This document shows positions 62,085 through 64,000 of a stretch of 64,000 nucleotides of DNA, piece by piece (within the stretch, counting starts at the first letter, position 1; each line of letters opens with the position of its first letter). The stretch lies in contig NW_027590119.1 of NCBI RefSeq assembly GCF_964213995.1, forward strand, positions 186,001-250,000, in the 5' to 3' direction. Below the pieces are notes generated by a model. That model worked only from the letters and a program-made list of their open reading frames with translations, searched no databases and was not told the DNA's origin. Origin of the DNA: Mustelus asterias. Lineage: Eukaryota. Both the position numbers and the translations under genes were made by a program.

Positions 62085-63611
62085 ATGGAGAAACTGTGGA
62101 AATGTGACAATTGTGGACAAGGATTCATGTTGCCCTGTGATTTGGAAATTCATCAACGCAGTCACACTCGGGAGAGACCCTTCACTTGCTCAGTGTGTGG
62201 GAAGGGATACATTAAGTTCTCCCACCTGCTGAGTCACAATCTCACTCACACCAATGAGAGACCCTTTAAATGCTCTGACTGTGGGAGCGGATTCAAAAGC
62301 TCTGGAGAACTGGTGTCCCACCAGCGCATTCACAGTGAGGAGAGACTGTTCAGCTGCTCTCACTGCACAATGAAATTTAAATGGTCATCCACACTGCGGA
62401 GACATCAGCGAGTTCACACCGGGGAGAGACCGTTCAGCTGCTCCATGTGTGGGAAGGGATTCTCTCGGTCCTCCGAACTGCGGGCACACCAACGAATTCA
62501 CACTGGGGAGAGACCATTCACCTGCAATGTGTGTGGGAAGGGATTCTTTCGGTCATCCGCCCTGCTGACGCACAAAGTCACTCACACCAATGAGAGACCC
62601 TTTAAATGCTCTGACTGTGAGAGTTGCTTCAAAAGTTCTCGGGATCTGATGTCCCACCAGCGCATTCACACTGAGGACAGACCGTTCAGCTGCTCTCACT
62701 GCACAAAGAGATTTAGATCATCATCAAACCTGCGGAACCACCAGCGAGTTCACTCCGGGGAGAGACCATTCACTTGCTCTGACTGTGGGAAGGGATTCAC
62801 GCAGTTATCCGCCCTGCTGACACACCAGCGAGTTCACACCGGAGAGAGGCCATTCACCTGCTCTGTGTGTGGGAAGGGATTCACTAATTTACCCAACCTG
62901 CTGAGTCACAAAGTCACTCACACCAGTGAGAGGCCCTTTAAATGCTCGGACTGTGGGAGTGAATTCAAAATTTCTGGGGAACTGGTGTCCCACCAGCGCA
63001 TTCACACTGAGGACAGACCGTTCAGCTGCTCTCTCTGCACAAAGAGGTTTAAGAGGTCATCCACACTGCAGAGACACCAGCGAGTTCACACCAGGGAGAG
63101 ACCGTTCATCTGCTCTGTGTGTGGGAAGGGATTCAGTCAGTCATTCACCCTGCTGACACACCAGCGTCTTCACACCGAGGAGAGACCATTTACCTGCACC
63201 GAGTGTGGGAAGGGATTCACTCAGTCATCCACCCTGCTGACTCACCAGCAAGTTCACAGCGGGGAGAGACCATTCACCTGCACCGAGTGTGGGGACAGAT
63301 TCACTCGGTTATCCACCCTGCAGAGACACAAAGTCACTCACTCCCAGGAAAGACCCTTTAAATGCTCTGACTGTGGGAGTGGCTTCAAAATTGCTCAGCA
63401 TCTGATGGACCACCAGCGCATTCACACTGGGGAGAGACCGTTCAGCTGCTCTCACTGCACAAAGAGGTTTGGAAGGGCATGCACACTGAGGAGACACCAG
63501 CGGGTTCACACTGGGAGAGACCATTCACCTGCTCTGTGTGTGCGGAAGGATTCACTCGATACCCCAGCTGCTGATGCACAATGTCCCTCACACCCAGGAG
63601 AGACCCTTTAA
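62085..63611 (+). CDS. C2H2 zinc-finger protein K, 17 fingers then a frameshift; decayed fingers to ~63745
   Basis: 508-aa ORF starting MEKLWKC; 1-nt loss in the linker near 63513; family 3'UTR from 63745. Confidence 0.88.
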   Translation: MEKLWKCDNCGQGFMLPCDLEIHQRSHTRERPFTCSVCGKGYIKFSHLLSHNLTHTNERPFKCSDCGSGFKSSGELVSHQRIHSEERLFSCSHCTMKFKWSSTLRRHQRVHTGERPFSCSMCGKGFSRSSELRAHQRIHTGERPFTCNVCGKGFFRSSALLTHKVTHTNERPFKCSDCESCFKSSRDLMSHQRIHTEDRPFSCSHCTKRFRSSSNLRNHQRVHSGERPFTCSDCGKGFTQLSALLTHQRVHTGERPFTCSVCGKGFTNLPNLLSHKVTHTSERPFKCSDCGSEFKISGELVSHQRIHTEDRPFSCSLCTKRFKRSSTLQRHQRVHTRERPFICSVCGKGFSQSFTLLTHQRLHTEERPFTCTECGKGFTQSSTLLTHQQVHSGERPFTCTECGDRFTRLSTLQRHKVTHSQERPFKCSDCGSGFKIAQHLMDHQRIHTGERPFSCSHCTKRFGRACTLRRHQRVHTGRDHSPALCVRKDSLDTPAADAQCPSHPGETL

Positions 63612-64000
63612 CTGCTCTGACTGTGGGAATGGTTTCAAAAGCTCTCAGGAACTGATGATCCACCAGTCCATTCACAGCTGCTGTGTGTGGGAAGAAATTC
63701 ACCAGTTCATCCCTCCTGCTGAGACACCAACGAGTTCACAAGTGATGACAGGAGTTGGATTCTGCTGTTATTGCTGCTGTTAATCACATCCAGGACTGAA
63801 CCATGTTCATTCTGACAGTTGGTGAAATGGAGGGTCGGAGGGTTTCTTTCTGCTGGACTGGCCGGTCTCACGACTTTGCTTCCAGTGGGTTGATGCTCTT
63901 TGAGCCTGGGAGAGCACATTTCCACTGAAATGACCCACACAAACTGACGAAGAACATTTATTTTATCCTGGAGAGTAAATAATGTTTTTCCTAACGCTGC

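Overview
This is eukaryotic DNA, most likely from a shark or other elasmobranch (inferred from HE1-type tRNA-derived SINEs, CR1 LINEs and MEKPWKC-type zinc-finger genes). The window is a cluster of 11 C2H2 zinc-finger (ZNF) genes and pseudogenes with no recognisable KRAB or SCAN domain, oriented - + - + - + - - + - +. That gives five head-to-head pairs around CpG-rich bidirectional promoters and one orphan. The genes share a non-coding kit: CCAAT/CRE/NRF1-type promoter blocks, a first-exon donor module, a small second exon, a leader of decayed fingers, a start codon inside a finger linker, and a common 3'UTR. The cluster was built by a large inverted duplication (~87-7370 vs ~45500-55635) and a direct duplication (~14900-19180 vs ~26100-31320). 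Intergenic DNA holds CR1, Rex/Babar-like and L2 LINE fragments, SINEs, Gypsy and Copia remnants, and Penelope-like elements carrying hammerhead ribozyme motifs, three times as inverted pairs. The last ZNF pair has a tRNA gene (Arg-ACG near-intact, Gly-GCC decayed) immediately upstream of each first-exon donor. All calls are by eye, so repeat boundaries are approximate and family names rest on remembered motifs rather than searches.
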